The notes beneath the pieces were generated by a model. That model was not told the origin of the DNA and ran no database searches. It saw only the letters and a list, made by a program, of their open reading frames with translations. Below, piece by piece: positions 1 to 13,863 of a stretch of 64,000 nucleotides of DNA. A program made the translations under genes and the position numbers. Source of the stretch: Eledone cirrhosa (Eukaryota); NCBI GenBank assembly GCA_964016885.1, contig OZ024743.1:293632001-293696000 (forward strand). Direction: 5' to 3'. Each line of letters starts with the position of its first letter. Positions within the stretch are counted from its first letter, which is position 1.

Positions 1-140
1 ATATATGCAGAGGTTATATTTAATTTGTTGGGATTCAACAAGCTTTAAAAATGTTATAACTGATATAAAGCACTTAACAAGTTAGTGGAGTAAATATACA
101 ATATATAAATAAATGGAAACTATATTTATAAAATCATAAT

Positions 141-206
141 TATTTTATTATATATATTTCAAGGGCGACCAAGGTAAATTATGGTGCGTTTTCATCAGAT
201 AAAATA
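141..206 (-). ncRNA. Type I hammerhead ribozyme, family A
   Basis: Minus strand reads tattttat-CTGATGA-stem II-GAAA-TATATA-TA-ataaaata. Stem I pairs and stem/loop III is palindromic. Confidence 0.8.
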
Positions 207-384
207 CAAATTTGTTTTATAAATAAATATTGACATACCCGGGAAAAAGACAACCTCAACGGTTGAAATTCGCTGTATAGTGGAGATAATTGAGGGTGAT
301 ACAAAGTTGTAAGTGAGTATGCAAATGAGTGTCAGCAAAATTGAAAAAAAAACAACGGCTTATTTAAATTAAACTGTTGGAAGA

Positions 385-885
385 AAATAGATGTAAAAGG
401 GAGAGAGACGAAATAGATTTAAAAGGGAGAGAGACAAAATAGATGTAAAAGGGAGAGAGACAAAATAGATGTAAAAGGGAGAGAGACTAAATAGATGTAA
501 AAGGGAGAGAGACTAAATAGATGTAAAAGGGAGAGAGACAAAACATTAAGAGGGAGAGAGATAAAGAGAACAAAAATTGAGAGGGAGAGAGATAGAGAGA
601 AAAAATATATTGAAAGGGAGGGAGATAGAATAGTGAGATGGGAGAGAGAAGAGAATATATTTTTTTCTCTCTATCTCTCTCCCTCTCAATTTTTATTCTC
701 TTTATCTCTCTCCCTCTCAATTTTTAGTCTCTCTCCCTTTTATATCTATTTTGTCTCTCTCCCTTTTACATCTATTTTGTCTCTCTCCCTTTTACATCTA
801 TTTTGTCTCTCTCCCTTTTACATCTATTTTGTCTCTCTCCCTTTTACATCTATTTTGTCTCTCTCCCTTTTATATCTATTTTCTT
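385..885. repeat. 26-bp minisatellite (aaatagatgtaaaagggagagagacN) in both arms of the fold-back
   Basis: Tandem copies at about 385-545 and reverse-complement copies at about 725-885. These explain the repetitive ORFs at 487-1009. Confidence 0.9.
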
Positions 886-1059
886 CCAACAGTTTAATTT
901 AAATAAACCGTTGTTTTTTTTCAATTTTTCTGACACTCATTTGCATACTCACTTACAACTTTGTATCACCCTCAATTATCTCCACTATCCAGCGAATTTC
1001 AACCGTTGAGGTTGTCTTTTTTCCGGGTATGTCAATATTTATTTATAAAAACAAATCTG

Positions 1060-1125
1060 TATTTTATCTGATGAAAGCGCACCATAATTTACCTTTGTCG
1101 CCCTTGAAATATATATAATAAAATA
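1060..1125 (+). ncRNA. Type I hammerhead ribozyme, family A
   Basis: tattttat CTGATGA aagcgcaccataatttacctttgtcgccctt GAAA TATATA TA ataaaata. Confidence 0.8.
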
Positions 1126-1163
1126 ATTATGATTTTATAAATATACTTTCCATTTATTAATAT

Positions 1164-1211
<48 letters not shown>

Positions 1212-1398
1212 GATAAATCTAGCAAAATGTACGGTAGTGTCCAATCCGTATGAAGAACTCAATGTAATCCGAATATCATGAAAAGAGAAGATGTATTCAA
1301 AAATTTTTTTCGATGAAAAACACAGGAAAACAGAGTCAAGATAGATTAATAAAAATAATGTATAAAAACAAAGAAACAGTTCCATATATTAAAAAATT

Positions 1399-1534
1399 CA
1401 TCATTTTACGATCGTTTCTAGGATATATATGTGTGTGTTGGTATGTATATCATATAGATCTATGTAAAATTTTTACAAACTATCAGAGGGAATATACATA
1501 CCTACACATATATATGCTGTCTTCAGAAATAATG
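1399..1534 (-). ncRNA. Type I hammerhead with about 100-nt extended stem II (family C)
   Basis: Minus strand reads cattattt CTGAAGA [atatatatgtgt/acacatatatat and ggtatgtatat/atatacatacc helices] GAAAC GATC GTA aaatgatg. Confidence 0.7.
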
Positions 1535-2341
1535 ATATTTGTTTATTGAAAAAAGCCAACAAAGATTTAATATAATAGGTCTGTTTGGGAACAGGTTTTG
1601 AATTGACCAATAGAAAGGTAGTAAGTGGTCAAGATGGTAGAATAGTAGTAATGGAACTTTAATTTAGGGGTAGAGGAAAGCAGATTTCAGTTTTGAATGG
1701 AAAGAGTATATTGAATGAAAAGATTATTTTGGGGATGAAAATAGGTCAAGTCGGTAAAAGGTACACGAAAATTTGATGTTATAAAAGAATAATGCTAATG
1801 TAAATATCTAAGGAGAATAAAATTTTACGATAAATGTCTTAGTGAAAAATATCAATCTTATTTAAAACATAAGGACTTTACATCTATAAAAAAGAAAATA
1901 AATTAATTAAATTGATAGGTATATTTATATTGATAAATTTATTTTAATTCATATAGATATGATAAATAAGAGTTAGATGTAATTGAAGAATGCTGTTAAA
2001 AACGAAGGGAAAATAAAAAAATAATAATTATTATTATTGTGGGGGGGGGGGGGGGGTAAATGTATTAGTGAGAAATAACAAATTTATATAGATTATAAGG
2101 AATAATCTATATAATGAAAAGATTATTTTGGGGATGAAAATAGGTCAAGTCGGTAAAAGGTTCACGAAAATTTGATGTTATAAAATAATAATGCTAATGT
2201 ACATATCTAAGGAGAATAAAATTTTACGATAAATGTGTTAGTGAAAAAATCAATCTTATTTAAAACATAAGCGGCCACAAAAACAAATTAGTATATATAC
2301 CGTGTACCAATATACAACCCAATATTACCAACAAACACCAA

Positions 2342-3401
2342 ATGAAATCTAGACACCTAAATGCCACTCACACTATACCCCAAAATACCAACATAAAACT
2401 TAATTTCTCTAACTCTTCTAATATACAATATAGTAACTTTCAAAAAACCATTCATCCTAATATTCCAATATATGTTAATAACAAAATTCCTAATAAACAG
2501 GCTAAAACACCTAAATCAATGAATCTAACTAAAAATATGTGTAATAAAATCACTAATACTAATTCTCTTAATAAAATTCAGGATACATCCTATAAAAATA
2601 ATAAACAACATCGAAACCGTAATAGACGAGTTACTTGGTATAATGCTCCATTTAATCTACAAATTAAAGGTAATATACCTAAACAAATTTTTACTATCCT
2701 AGAGAAAAACTTCCCGCCAAACCATAAATACCATCATATTTTAAATAGATCAACGGTTAAATTCTCCTACTCAACAACCAAAAATATACAACAAAATATA
2801 AGTGCCTATAATGCAAATAAATGTAAAAAACCCCATGAATATACCATCAATACATCAAACTAACCATAATACTAAAATAAACCACAGCAAACCACCATCT
2901 CATTCACATAAAACAAGTCGAGAAAATTCCACACCTAATTTGACTATCTCCTCTGATACAGCATTCACGAAAGGTTGTAACTGTAGAAACAAAGCAAATT
3001 GCCCATTAAAAGGAAATTGCCTTATTAATAACATAGTATATAAATGTAAAATTAACACTAAGGACTCAACTTATTCATATATAGGAGCTACTTCTAACCA
3101 ATTTAAAGTAAGATTTAATACCCACAAACACAGTTTTAAAAAAGCCGCATTAGCTAATACAACATCCTTAGCTGAAAAAATTAATAATTATAGAAAAAGG
3201 AATATAGATTATAACCTGACCTGGAGTGTGCTCAAAAGGGCCACCCCTTATCAAAATAATAGATATGAATGTAGATTATGTTCCCAGGAACTTTTTGAAA
3301 TAATGAAATCTAAGGATATCCTATTAAATAAGCGACAGGAATTAATTATACCATGTAATCATAAAATGAGAAGAACTTTTAAATATTATAAACCTAATTA
3401 A
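2342..3401 (+). pseudogene. PLE RT C-terminus/linker plus GIY-YIG endonuclease, frameshifted
   Basis: WYNAPF motif in 2342-2863. CNCRNKANCPLKGNCL, IVYKC..YIGATSNQFKVRFNTH and CRLC motifs in 2802-3401. Confidence 0.85.
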
Positions 3402-4272
3402 TATACACTTTACAAATTATTATAACAGTTTTTTTTAAATTAGTTAACCTATAATTAATATCCTACTACTAATGAACTGCATAATTTTATTTCCCTATTA
3501 CAGCTATCTTTTCCTAAAATGTATACCAATAAGTATACATATAAACTATTTTAATTTCAGGTTATGAATCTATATTCCTTATAATCTATATAAATTTGTT
3601 ATTTCTCACCAATACATTTACCCCCCCTCCCCAATAATAATAATAATTATTTTTTTATTTTCCCTTCGTTTTTAACGGCATTCTTCAATTACATCTAATT
3701 CTTATTTATCATATCTATATGAATTAATATAAATTTATCAATATAAATATACCTATCAATTTAATTAATTTATTTTCTTTTTATAGATGTAAAGTCTTTA
3801 TGTTTTAAATAAGATTGATTTTTTCACTAACACATTTATCGTAAAATTTTATTCTCCTTAGATATTTACATTAACATTATTCTTTTATAACATCAAATTT
3901 TCGTGAACCTTTTACCGACTTGACCTATTTTCATCCCCAAAATAATCTTTTCATTCAATATACTCTTTCCATTCAAAACTGAAATCTGCTTTCCTCTACC
4001 CCTAAATTAAAGTTCCATTACTACTATTCTACCATCTTGACCACTTACTACCTTTCTATTGGTCAATTCAAAACCTGTTCCCAAACAGACCTATTATATT
4101 AAATCTTTGTTGGTTTTTTCAATAAACAAATATCATTATTTCTGAAGACAGCATATATATGTGTAGGTATGTATATTCCCTCTGGTAGTTTGTAAAAATT
4201 TTACATAGATCTATATGATATACATACCAACACACACATATATATCCTTGTTTTTATTCATTATTTTTATTA

Positions 4273-4316
<44 letters not shown>

Positions 4317-4355
4317 GATATTAACAAATGGAAACTGTATTTATAAAACCCTATT

Positions 4356-4420
4356 TATTTCATTATACATATTTCAAGGACACCAAGTTAAATTATGGTG
4401 TGCTTTCATCAGATAAAATA
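4356..4420 (-). ncRNA. Type I hammerhead, family A
   Basis: Minus strand reads tattttat CTGATGA aagcacacca-loop-tggtgtcctt GAAA TATGTA TA atgaaata. Confidence 0.8.
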
Positions 4421-4665
4421 TAATATAGAGCAGTTTTATAAATAAATATTGACATACCCTTAAAGAATGCAACCATTACTGTTGGAAGCTCCTGGATAGT
4501 GGGGTTATAACTTTATTTATACTATTATGTAAATTAGTATTGGATATTTTTAAATAAGCGTTGGGTTACAGAGAAAGAGAGAAAGAGTAGATCCCGAGTG
4601 AAATCTGGGTGTAACCACAGATTCCTGATGATTTTATGTGAATGAAACAATTTTGGTAGTGTAGA

Positions 4666-4755
<90 letters not shown>

Positions 4756-4834
4756 CTCTCTCTCTCTCTATCTATCTCTCTCCCTTCTCTCTCTCACTCT
4801 CTCTCTCTCCTCGAATATATATATATATATATAT

Positions 4835-5664
4835 ACTAGCTTGCCCGTCCGGCTGGCGTCCGGCTAGGTATACCTGCCCCCACCACTCCACTGCAAAGAT
4901 ACCACACACCCTCCCGTGTCACATTATCCTACCGACTTCGTAGCAAAGGGGAGGAGAAACCGTAGAAATGAGTTTAAAAAGAAAGAGTTAAGCTTTGCGC
5001 GCGCGCGCGCGTGTGTGTGTGTTACTTATGCGAGCGACGACAGATGAAAGATATACCACAGAAATGAACGTTATTTTTCAATCAGCGCTACATTTGATCA
5101 TACACATTGTTTATTTGAAAATTATTTTAATGCCGATACTTGATTTAACGTCATTAGAAAACGATCACTTGCTGGCCCCCGCTGCCTCTCTTTCTCTCTC
5201 TCTCTGAATAACTAACACTTTAATTGTATCTCTAACGGCCTATCTCTCTCTTTCCCCTCCCTCTGTTTTTCTGTCTCTCTCTGTAAATGTGTGTGTGTAG
5301 TTTTCCTAATCTTTCTCTAAATGTCTTTCTCTCTCTCTCTCTATGTGTGTGTGTGTATATATTGAAGGGAGATACGGAAACTAAAACAGTGTTGTCATAT
5401 AGAGAGTGAAGAGCGACAGAGAGAGTAAAGCAGTTAACTTATAGCGAGGGGGAATGATATTACATACATACATACATATATACGACCGTCAGCTTTATAA
5501 GTATAGATATGTATGTGTGTGTGTGTTTGTGTATGCGTATGTGTGTTTATGTATGTGTGTATGTGCATGTGTGTGTCTATGTGTTTAGTTTTGATGTTAT
5601 CCGGCAATTGACGAAATCAGGTGTGAAAGTATGTGTATTTGTGTGTGTATGTGTGTGTGTGTGT

Positions 5665-5762
<98 letters not shown>

Positions 5763-6018
5763 TATGCGAGCGACGACATGGTCCCCCTTTGTCTCTCTCT
5801 CTGAATAACTAACACTTTAATTGTATCTCTCTCTGTCTAACGGCCTATCTCTCTCTTTCCCCTCCCTCTGTTTTTCTGTCTCTCTCTGTAGATGTGTGTG
5901 GGATTATAGAGAGAGGGAAGAGCGACGGAGTGAAGAGCGACGGAGAGAGTAAAGCTAAGAAACTATAGGGAGGTGTCTAGGATACATACATAATACATAC
6001 ACACGACAGTCAGCTTTA

Positions 6019-6025
<7 letters not shown>
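4835..6025 (+). mobile_element. Possible non-autonomous Helitron/Helentron-like element with internal duplication
   Basis: Starts TACTAG plus a GC-rich palindrome. It has two similar ends (gtcagctttata..tatag at about 5490 and 6010). Segments 5020-5290 and 5755-5900 are duplicated. No coding evidence. Confidence 0.4.
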
Positions 6026-6079
<54 letters not shown>

Positions 6080-6230
6080 AGTATATGTTGATTGTTTACC
6101 GACACCTCAGATATGATTCCAGTTCCTCAGAGAAATAACAACACAACCTGGAGCTGGACATATCGATGTATTGACGGAGTAAAACACACTTCAACAACAT
6201 GTGTACCTGTATTTCCCACAACCAATTTGG

Positions 6231-6283
6231 ACTGCCTAAAGAGATCACAGCGAATGATGGCTGTCACCGAAATATATATAGCC
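6231..6283 (+). ncRNA. Degenerate hammerhead, family B (core CTAAAGA)
   Basis: Homologous to 20762-20816 but G5 is changed to A and stem I is weak. Confidence 0.5.
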
Positions 6284-6408
6284 AAATTTTACATATTTGA
6301 CGTAATTATTTTATATGTATATATATAATCCCGCCCCCACTCTCAAGAGCGTGAAACTAATAAACCTTTGTTCGTACTGCTTCTCTGTTTTCGTTCCCGT
6401 TCCAATTT

Positions 6409-6475
<67 letters not shown>

Positions 6476-6552
6476 AACAGAAATAACAACACAATCGGTA
6501 CAGTATATGGAAGGAATATCTTCGGTTAACGCATGAAATAGCAGGAAGACGG

Positions 6553-6588
6553 TCTTAACGTTTCGGGCGCTAGTCCTTCCTCAGAAGA
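6553..6588 (-). ncRNA. Minimal type I hammerhead candidate
   Basis: Minus strand reads tctt CTGAGGA aggactagcgccc GAAACGTT aaga, with palindromic AACGTT. Confidence 0.6.
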
Positions 6589-6815
6589 AAGAATGAGAAA
6601 TAAGATAGATTGAGGGGACGGTTCGGTTGGAATTGGAAAAATTGTCTTTTGATAAAAATATCAGGTCCATTCATGATGACATCTCTAGGAAAACTGTTGG
6701 TGATGGCGTTTTGTATATGATTCATTCTTTTAGAAAAGTGGATGATGGAGCGCGTCTACCTGAAATGGAAAAAAAACATTTTGTAAAAAGAGCTATACTT
6801 GTGGACGTGCGTAAG

Positions 6816-6917
<102 letters not shown>

Positions 6918-8161
6918 GTGCAAGGGGAAAGATAGTTCGTCAGGAGTACAAAAATAGAGAGGATCAGAAAGGATAGATACAGAAAATAAAAGGTAGTCTA
7001 TTTGCTAGATGTGATTTGACAGATAATTTTTGGCTTTGTCTTGTAATGAACTTGGCAATATATTGTCAATCAACTTTGAAGGGTTGATCTTTGTGGTTTA
7101 TTTTTATTTTTATTTTTTTTATTATTGTAGTATTTTATAATATTTTTTATTTTTTATTTTTGTTTTTATTTTTAATATCTTTAATATGTAAATTTTTAAT
7201 ACGTAATATTTTTTAATACGTAATATTTTTAATATGTAATATTTTTAATATGTAATATTCTTTCGTAATATTTTTTTTTTTTTTTTAGTTTTCTATTTTA
7301 TTATACTTATTATTATTATTGTTATATTTTTAGTTTTTTTAGTTTTGTTTCTGATATATATTTTTATTAGTATATTGAAATCTGCTCTCTATTTCTGCTT
7401 GATAGATAATCTTGTAGAGTAAAGACAGGAATAATAATACACATATATGTATGCTCAAATTTTTATACCACATTGAGAATGTTTTCCGTGAACTTAGAGT
7501 TTGCAGAGTGAATCATGTGGATTCGCATGGATGTTTGTAGCTGTCACATAAACATATGAATTTTTTTAAAAAACTAAACATAAGATAATTAATTTTCACA
7601 CACTATGGATACTTGTCTCATTCAGGAATACTGATATTTACAATATAGTGTAAGTTTTATAAATACTAATACATTAAGACATAGGGTTTTTACGCCTCGA
7701 ATATATCTGGCTATTTTTAAATTTTTTTCTCTCGCTATTTTTTCTCTCTCTATATTTTTTCTCTCTCTATATATCTCCCTTACATTAATACTTGAGCTAA
7801 ATAAATAAATAAATAAATAAATAAATGTATCATTGATACATTTACTCAAAATGACCTCTCACTACCTAATTTTCTATATATATATGTATCTATCTCTATT
7901 TCCTCTCTCTCTCTATATATATATATATCTTTCTGTTTCTTTACATGAAGTTCTTTGCTTTATCTATCTTTCCATCTCTCTATTTTGTTCCATGCATTTC
8001 TTCTTTTTCTTCCTTTTCTTCGTTTTCTGTCTTTCTTTCTTTTTTCTCTCTTTCTTTCTCTCTGTGTAAAATTTTTTCACTGCCAGCTTAAACCTCTTCA
8101 AATGGAAGTCGGTGTTATAACGGTATGTCGAATCTATTTATCTATAAAACTGTTTATATTG

Positions 8162-8227
8162 TATTTTGTCTGAGGAAGGCATAGCATATTGTTAATATGA
8201 TATCCCCGAAATATATATAATGAAATA
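8162..8227 (+). ncRNA. Type I hammerhead, diverged family A
   Basis: tattttgt CTGAGGA aggcatagcatattgttaatatgatatcccc GAAA TATATA TA atgaaata, within a pLTR-A-like sequence. Confidence 0.7.
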
Positions 8228-8355
8228 AATATGGTTTTATAAATATAGTTTCCATTTATTTAATATTGTAAATATACTCCAAATATTTGTCGAGTGCTTT
8301 TATATCAGTTATAAATATTTACTAGTTGTAACCCAACAATTTTAAATATAACTTT

Positions 8356-8415
<60 letters not shown>

Positions 8416-9229
8416 TTTTATTTTCTTGTATAAAAGAAACTATTCTCTAAAGAAAATATACCATGATGATAAAGTGTATCTTGGACACCATTATATAATA
8501 TAGCTATTTGCAAATTAATTTCACGAACAGGCTGCCCTGTTGATCGAACCACTGGAACACCTATCATCGAGACCGTCTTCTATACCAACATATTATCAAA
8601 TGTGTTCAATATTTTAAAGACAGTAAGGGCTTTATTTATGTGGTAAGTTGTAACTATTTCTATCAGATATATCTGTCACTTAGCCTTGCAGTTATTCTCA
8701 AATAGGAAACGCTTGGTTCATAGAAGATGAATTTCAAATCCCTGGGTAGATAAATGTAGCTGAAAAAAACAGGGTAGATTTTATATATATCAAACGAAAT
8801 ACCAATATGTTCAACTATAATACAAGAGTCATCATGAATTAATCCCTCCAAAACTATTGCTTCAGACTTAATCCAGTTTGGGACTTTACAAGTATTGAGG
8901 CTTGAAAAACTTGTTCATGTTAATATGGTGCTCAACTGGAGAAATTACTAGAGTACAATTAAAAATGTATTATAGAATTATTGGGGTTTGCAAAAGTTGC
9001 TCAAGTTAATACGACGCTCGAGTGAAAAATTACTTAATAAAAATTTTAAATGAGCCTGGTATTGAGGAACCCATGGATTGCAAGGTGATGGATGTAACCT
9101 AGATCTGAGAACAATTGCCCTAGTGGCTGTTACGTTTTCTCTTCCTCATCATAGTAGAATGTGTGGTTGAGTAAGTGCAGTGAATCGTATCAATATTATA
9201 TCATCTTTGTCAACAACATGTATATTGAA

Positions 9230-9263
<34 letters not shown>

Positions 9264-9305
9264 TGTTATATTAACAAATGGAAACTATATTTATAAAACC
9301 ATATT

Positions 9306-9370
9306 TATTTCATTATACATATTTCAAGGACACCAAAGCAAATCATGGTGCGCTATCATCAGATAAAATA
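9306..9370 (-). ncRNA. Type I hammerhead, family A
   Basis: Same architecture as 4356-4420. It lies downstream of the minus-strand PLE remnant at 11.0-11.9 kb. Confidence 0.75.
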
Positions 9371-9876
9371 TAATATAGATCAGTTTTATAAACAAATATT
9401 GACATACCCTTAAAGAATGCGACCATGTCGGTTGGAAGCTCCCGGATAGTGGGGTTACTAATTTTATTATTGGTCTATTATGCAAATTAGTGTCGGAGAG
9501 GTTTAAATCCCGTATATTTAAATTAAGCCGTTGGAATAGGGAAAAAAGAAATAGAAAAAGAAAAAGAAAGAAAGAGCAACCCAAAGAAGGAAAACAAAAG
9601 AAAAACAAAAGAAAGAGAAAAAGAAAAAGAGAGAAAACCCTAAGTGAGAGAGTGTTGTATTAACGTAATTTTATGAGATGATGGAGCGAAAAGATAAATA
9701 TATAGTGGATGAATTACGCGGAGTAAATAAAGCGTGGATAAATAAATAAATAAATAAATAAATAGTAATAACCGGAGAATTTTATCTAATGTTTAAATTT
9801 GATTTAATGTTTAATTTATCAATTAAATTATTGAGATCTATGAATTAAAAATTGAGATCTATATATTATTAAAAGA

Positions 9877-9935
<59 letters not shown>

Positions 9936-10600
9936 CAACAAATATTATTAAGATATATGTTATTATTACATAACCTTATATACATTTATTATTAATCATC
10001 AACTAACAATTAATTATTAATTTTTCAATTAATTAACAATAAAAATTATAAGAAATAACAAAAAATATATGTTGAAAATATAGGAATGTTCAGAGATTTT
10101 ACCGAAGAAAAATCTCTTCTTAGCAATACAGCGTGAGGGAAATTAATTGATTTATTTGTAATTTAGATAGCTCTAAGGATTAAATGTTATAAAGTTTAAG
10201 ATGATAAAAAAAGTTAAGATTATAAGAGAACCTTATATTATTTTATAGTAAGTTATAATTTTATAAATTTTATATATTTTATAAATCCACCTGTTATACA
10301 GTTGTGACTGTTAAAATATAAGTTTGTTTACTAAAACGTCTTAATGTTTAAAGTTTTTCATGAGAATATATCTAAAGCATAAACCGTAAAAACATTTTAT
10401 ATGAGTTCATTCATATAATGTATTCAAATTATACATTTCGATATATATACACACATATATACACAGACATACATACATATGTATATATGCGTATATTTAT
10501 ACGCATATATACACACACATATATATATATACATACAAGTATACATACGCATATATACACACACATATATATATATATACATACATATACGTACATACAT

Positions 10601-10635
<35 letters not shown>

Positions 10636-11039
10636 AATACAAAATACATAATATAAAATAAAATATAAGTTATAATTTTCAAAAGGATTATAATTTTAAA
10701 AGGAATTACAATTTAAAAAAAATATAATTATATAATTTTAAAAGGAATTATATTTTTAAGCAATGTAATTTTTAAGTAATATAATTTTAAAAATATATAT
10801 AAGAATATATAGAAAAAACACAGTATAAAATATGAATTATAATTTTTTAGATCCATCAGAGGAATTAACAAAAAATCTTTGTTTTAGAAATTTTCAGTAT
10901 GTTTAACTTAATTTTTTATACCCATTTTTAAAAAAAACTTTCAGTATGTTTATCTGGAAGAACTTTCAAGGAAAAATTTTTAATGAAAATTTTTTTCTTC
11001 ATTTAAGAGAGTTTTTGGCAGTCGTATTAAGGAATCTAA

Positions 11040-11860
11040 TGATTTATCGATAGGTTTAATAAGATGAGTTATATATTACATTTTAAATTTATATTTAAAC
11101 GTTGAATTTAATCTGTTTGCAGCAACTGAAAAGATTGTTCCTTAAATTCACAGAATTTTTGCTTTTTAATATAACGAATATTTCCTCTATACAAAGAGCA
11201 CAATTTTCAGAAGAAGCATTAAATGGAGGAGCTTTGGAGATAATATTCCAAAGTAAAGAATAGTTAATGTTCTTTAATTTTAGATCCTATAGTAAGCTAG
11301 AGAGAGAAGTTGAAGATTTTTTATTTATATTCGTAAAAGAGCATTTATGGTTATTAAAACGAGATTTAAAGTCTGTGGAAGTAGAACCTACATAATTAAA
11401 TGAATTTAAATTAGTTTTTGCATTACAATTATATACTATATTTTTAGCTAAACAATTGTTATTTAACGGACAGTTAGATTTATTTCTACAGTTACATTTA
11501 TCAAAATTCAAGTTACTAGGAGCCGTATTATTAAATTGGATATTGCTGGGGTTGTTAATGGTATTCTGGTTAGGTTTTAAGTTTCTATTATTAATTCTAT
11601 TAATATTCTGCGCTAAATTACTGGTGGTGGAATAAGTTAATTTTATAGTATGTCTATTAAATATTGAGTAATATCTATGTGTTCTGGGGAAGCATTTGTC
11701 AAGAGCTTTAAAGAATAGTTTAGCAATAGGAGTTTTAATATTTAATGAGAAAGGAGGAGCGAACCATAATATATTCCTAGTTCTATTTCTTTTTTTGCTT
11801 TTCGAATTATTGTAAGGTTTTCTATTATAGTTGTTAAAATTATGGTTAGTTGTTATATTA
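11040..11860 (-). pseudogene. PLE RT C-terminus plus GIY-YIG endonuclease remnant
   Basis: ORF 11287-11511 has CNCRNKSNCPLNNNCL..IVY..YVGSTSTDFKSRFNNH. Upstream WFAPPF..KCFPRTHRY homology is readable at about 11600-11770. Confidence 0.8.
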
Positions 11861-11861
11861 T

Positions 11862-12577
11862 TAAACGGAAAAAATGAAACGAAATTTCATTTCCCACTCT
11901 TAGTACGACTGTTACTTAAATATAAGTATGTAAACGTACATACATATATGTATACAGACGTAACAGTAGTATGTATATACATATACATACATGCACACAT
12001 ATATATATGTACGTATGGATTCACCGAACATGTATTATCATGCTCGGTGTGTTTGTAAACAAACATCCCGTATTAAGCCGTAGTGTCTAGCAACCATCGT
12101 TGCTCGTTTGTTCAACACTGACAAAGGAACGCTGTACTAGTTTCAAGCTTATTAGCTATCATCAGCAACGTATACCTTCCTGCCAGATTGTTGAACGTAT
12201 ATACTTACCTTATGCATATTAACGGCTGAGTAGCCCAATTCGCATATCGAGTGAGTTAATCGGCCGGGTGCACCGAAAACGATAAACGGAAAACTGAAAC
12301 GAAATTTCATTTCCCACTCTTAGTACGGCTGTTACTTAAATATAAGTATGTACACGTACATACATATATGTATATAGACGTACAGTAGTATGTATATATA
12401 TATACATACATGCACACATATATATATGTACGTATGGATTCACCGAACATTTATTATAATGCTCGGTATGTTTGTAAACAAACATCCCGTATTAAGCCGT
12501 AGCGTCTAACAACCATCGTTGCTCGTTTGTTCAAGACTGACAAAAGAACGCTGTACTAGTTTCTAGCTTATTAGCTT
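11862..12577 (-). mobile_element. Non-coding 420-bp tandem unit (about 1.7 copies) with hammerhead; retrozyme-like
   Basis: Direct repeat with a 420-bp period (gaaac ending 11880 and 12300). Opposite-strand copies at 23311-23694 and 32030-32352. Confidence 0.7.
12130..12170 (-). ncRNA. Minimal type I hammerhead (420-bp unit)
   Basis: Minus strand reads cgttg CTGATGA tagctaataagctt GAAAC TA GTA cagcg. Confidence 0.85.
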
Positions 12578-12622
12578 GAATAATGTTATATTATTATTAT
12601 CAATATATTTAATTATATTGAA

Positions 12623-12687
<65 letters not shown>

Positions 12688-12769
12688 AACTATAATAAAG
12701 GAAGGTCTGCGGGACTGCGTACGGTGTATTTTTTTTTATCCCGTTAGTAAAATAAGTTGGATTACTTTG

Positions 12770-13215
12770 AATAAATAATGAATGAATATTACATAATTTA
12801 CGTACTAAATTTCGGAAACAAAAATAATTTAAAATTGACTTCTTTTCAAAGTTGCATTTCCGGTATATCGTTGCCACCACTACCACCACTTCAACTACCA
12901 TATATATAGAAAGAGAGAGTGTGTGATGTCAACACTTCCGGTAGCGATCACTTAAATAAACATACTAATTTTATGTCACTAATTTTCTCCTAATGCAGTT
13001 TATATATAATATCGCCTTTTTTTCAAATGTATCAAGGATTACGTTACCGATTACATAAGACAGTGTAACAACGTCTTCGTTCAATTTCTGTTTATATTGT
13101 CAATTACGATTTTATTTGATATATCATATCTACATGTATATATACTTGCGTATAATATCAATATACACACTACGCATGCTAGCAGAAAACCACCCACAGG
13201 GTGGTTTTCCTGCCT
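12770..13215. repeat. Dispersed non-coding repeat (family D) with terminal hairpin gaaaaccacccacagggtggttttc
   Basis: Reverse-complement copy at about 22907-23300. It lies next to the 420-bp unit at both loci. Confidence 0.7.
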
Positions 13216-13216
13216 G

Positions 13217-13266
<50 letters not shown>

Positions 13267-13407
13267 ATACTTTGGGAGGGTCATGTTGCCAATAAGAAAC
13301 ACACGTACCAGTTGCTTTCACTTCAATTTATTATGAATTAAATTTATATATTTAGGAAAAGTTCTATCTAAATTGTTGGGATACAACCAGACGATTGTTC
13401 ATATATT

Positions 13408-13450
13408 GTCAACGTTCTTTCGTCACACATTCTGTGACCTCTTCAGTGAC
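13408..13450 (-). ncRNA. Type I hammerhead, family E
   Basis: Minus strand reads gtca CTGAAGA g-gtcaca-gaatg-tgtgac GAAAGAACGT tgac. Sister copies have GAAAG-AA-CTT/CTA. Confidence 0.6.
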
Positions 13451-13863
13451 TGGGGATTCTTTTCTTTGTTTCTGTGCCTCTCCTTTGTTTTGTCGTACGC
13501 CATCTTGTTTTTGTATGTGTTGTGTGCTTAGTTTGCGCATGTGTTACATCCGGCTGTCTGTGTGTGTTTATATTTGTTTATTTATTTGTTTATTTACATG
13601 TTACAGGTTGATTGTTTGTTCTATGTGTGTGTGTGTTTTCATTTTGTCCTTAATTGTAAGTTGTGATGTTGCTATTCCATTCATGCTTTCTATTTAATTT
13701 TGGTTGGAGTTCATTTATGTTTATTGCCTCTGTGATTTGTCTAAACATTGCGTTATTTTATGTGTAGATTCTATTTTTATATCTATGTTCTTTAATTTAC
13801 CCTTATGTCTATTTTAGCATGTTGGTAGATTACAGATGATTCTTTACTATCTTGAAGTATACT

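Larger units (their letters stand above)
100..1165. mobile_element. Fold-back (inverted) pair of PLE pseudo-LTR family A, each arm carrying a hammerhead
   Basis: About 100-600 is the reverse complement of about 665-1165 with a few mismatches. The same sequence family recurs at about 4.3, 8.2, 9.3, 14.8, 45.5 and 46.4 kb. Confidence 0.8.
1340..4280 (+). mobile_element. 5'-truncated Penelope-like element with inverted pseudo-LTR upstream
   Basis: About 1390-2270 is the inverse of about 3570-4250 and contains an internal partial duplication (1714-1885 / 2114-2271). These repeats flank RT-C-terminal/GIY-YIG ORFs. Confidence 0.8.

Noticed and set aside
385-885. 26-bp repeats as a CRISPR array
   Set aside because: The repeats are contiguous with no unique spacers, there are no cas genes, and the context is eukaryotic.
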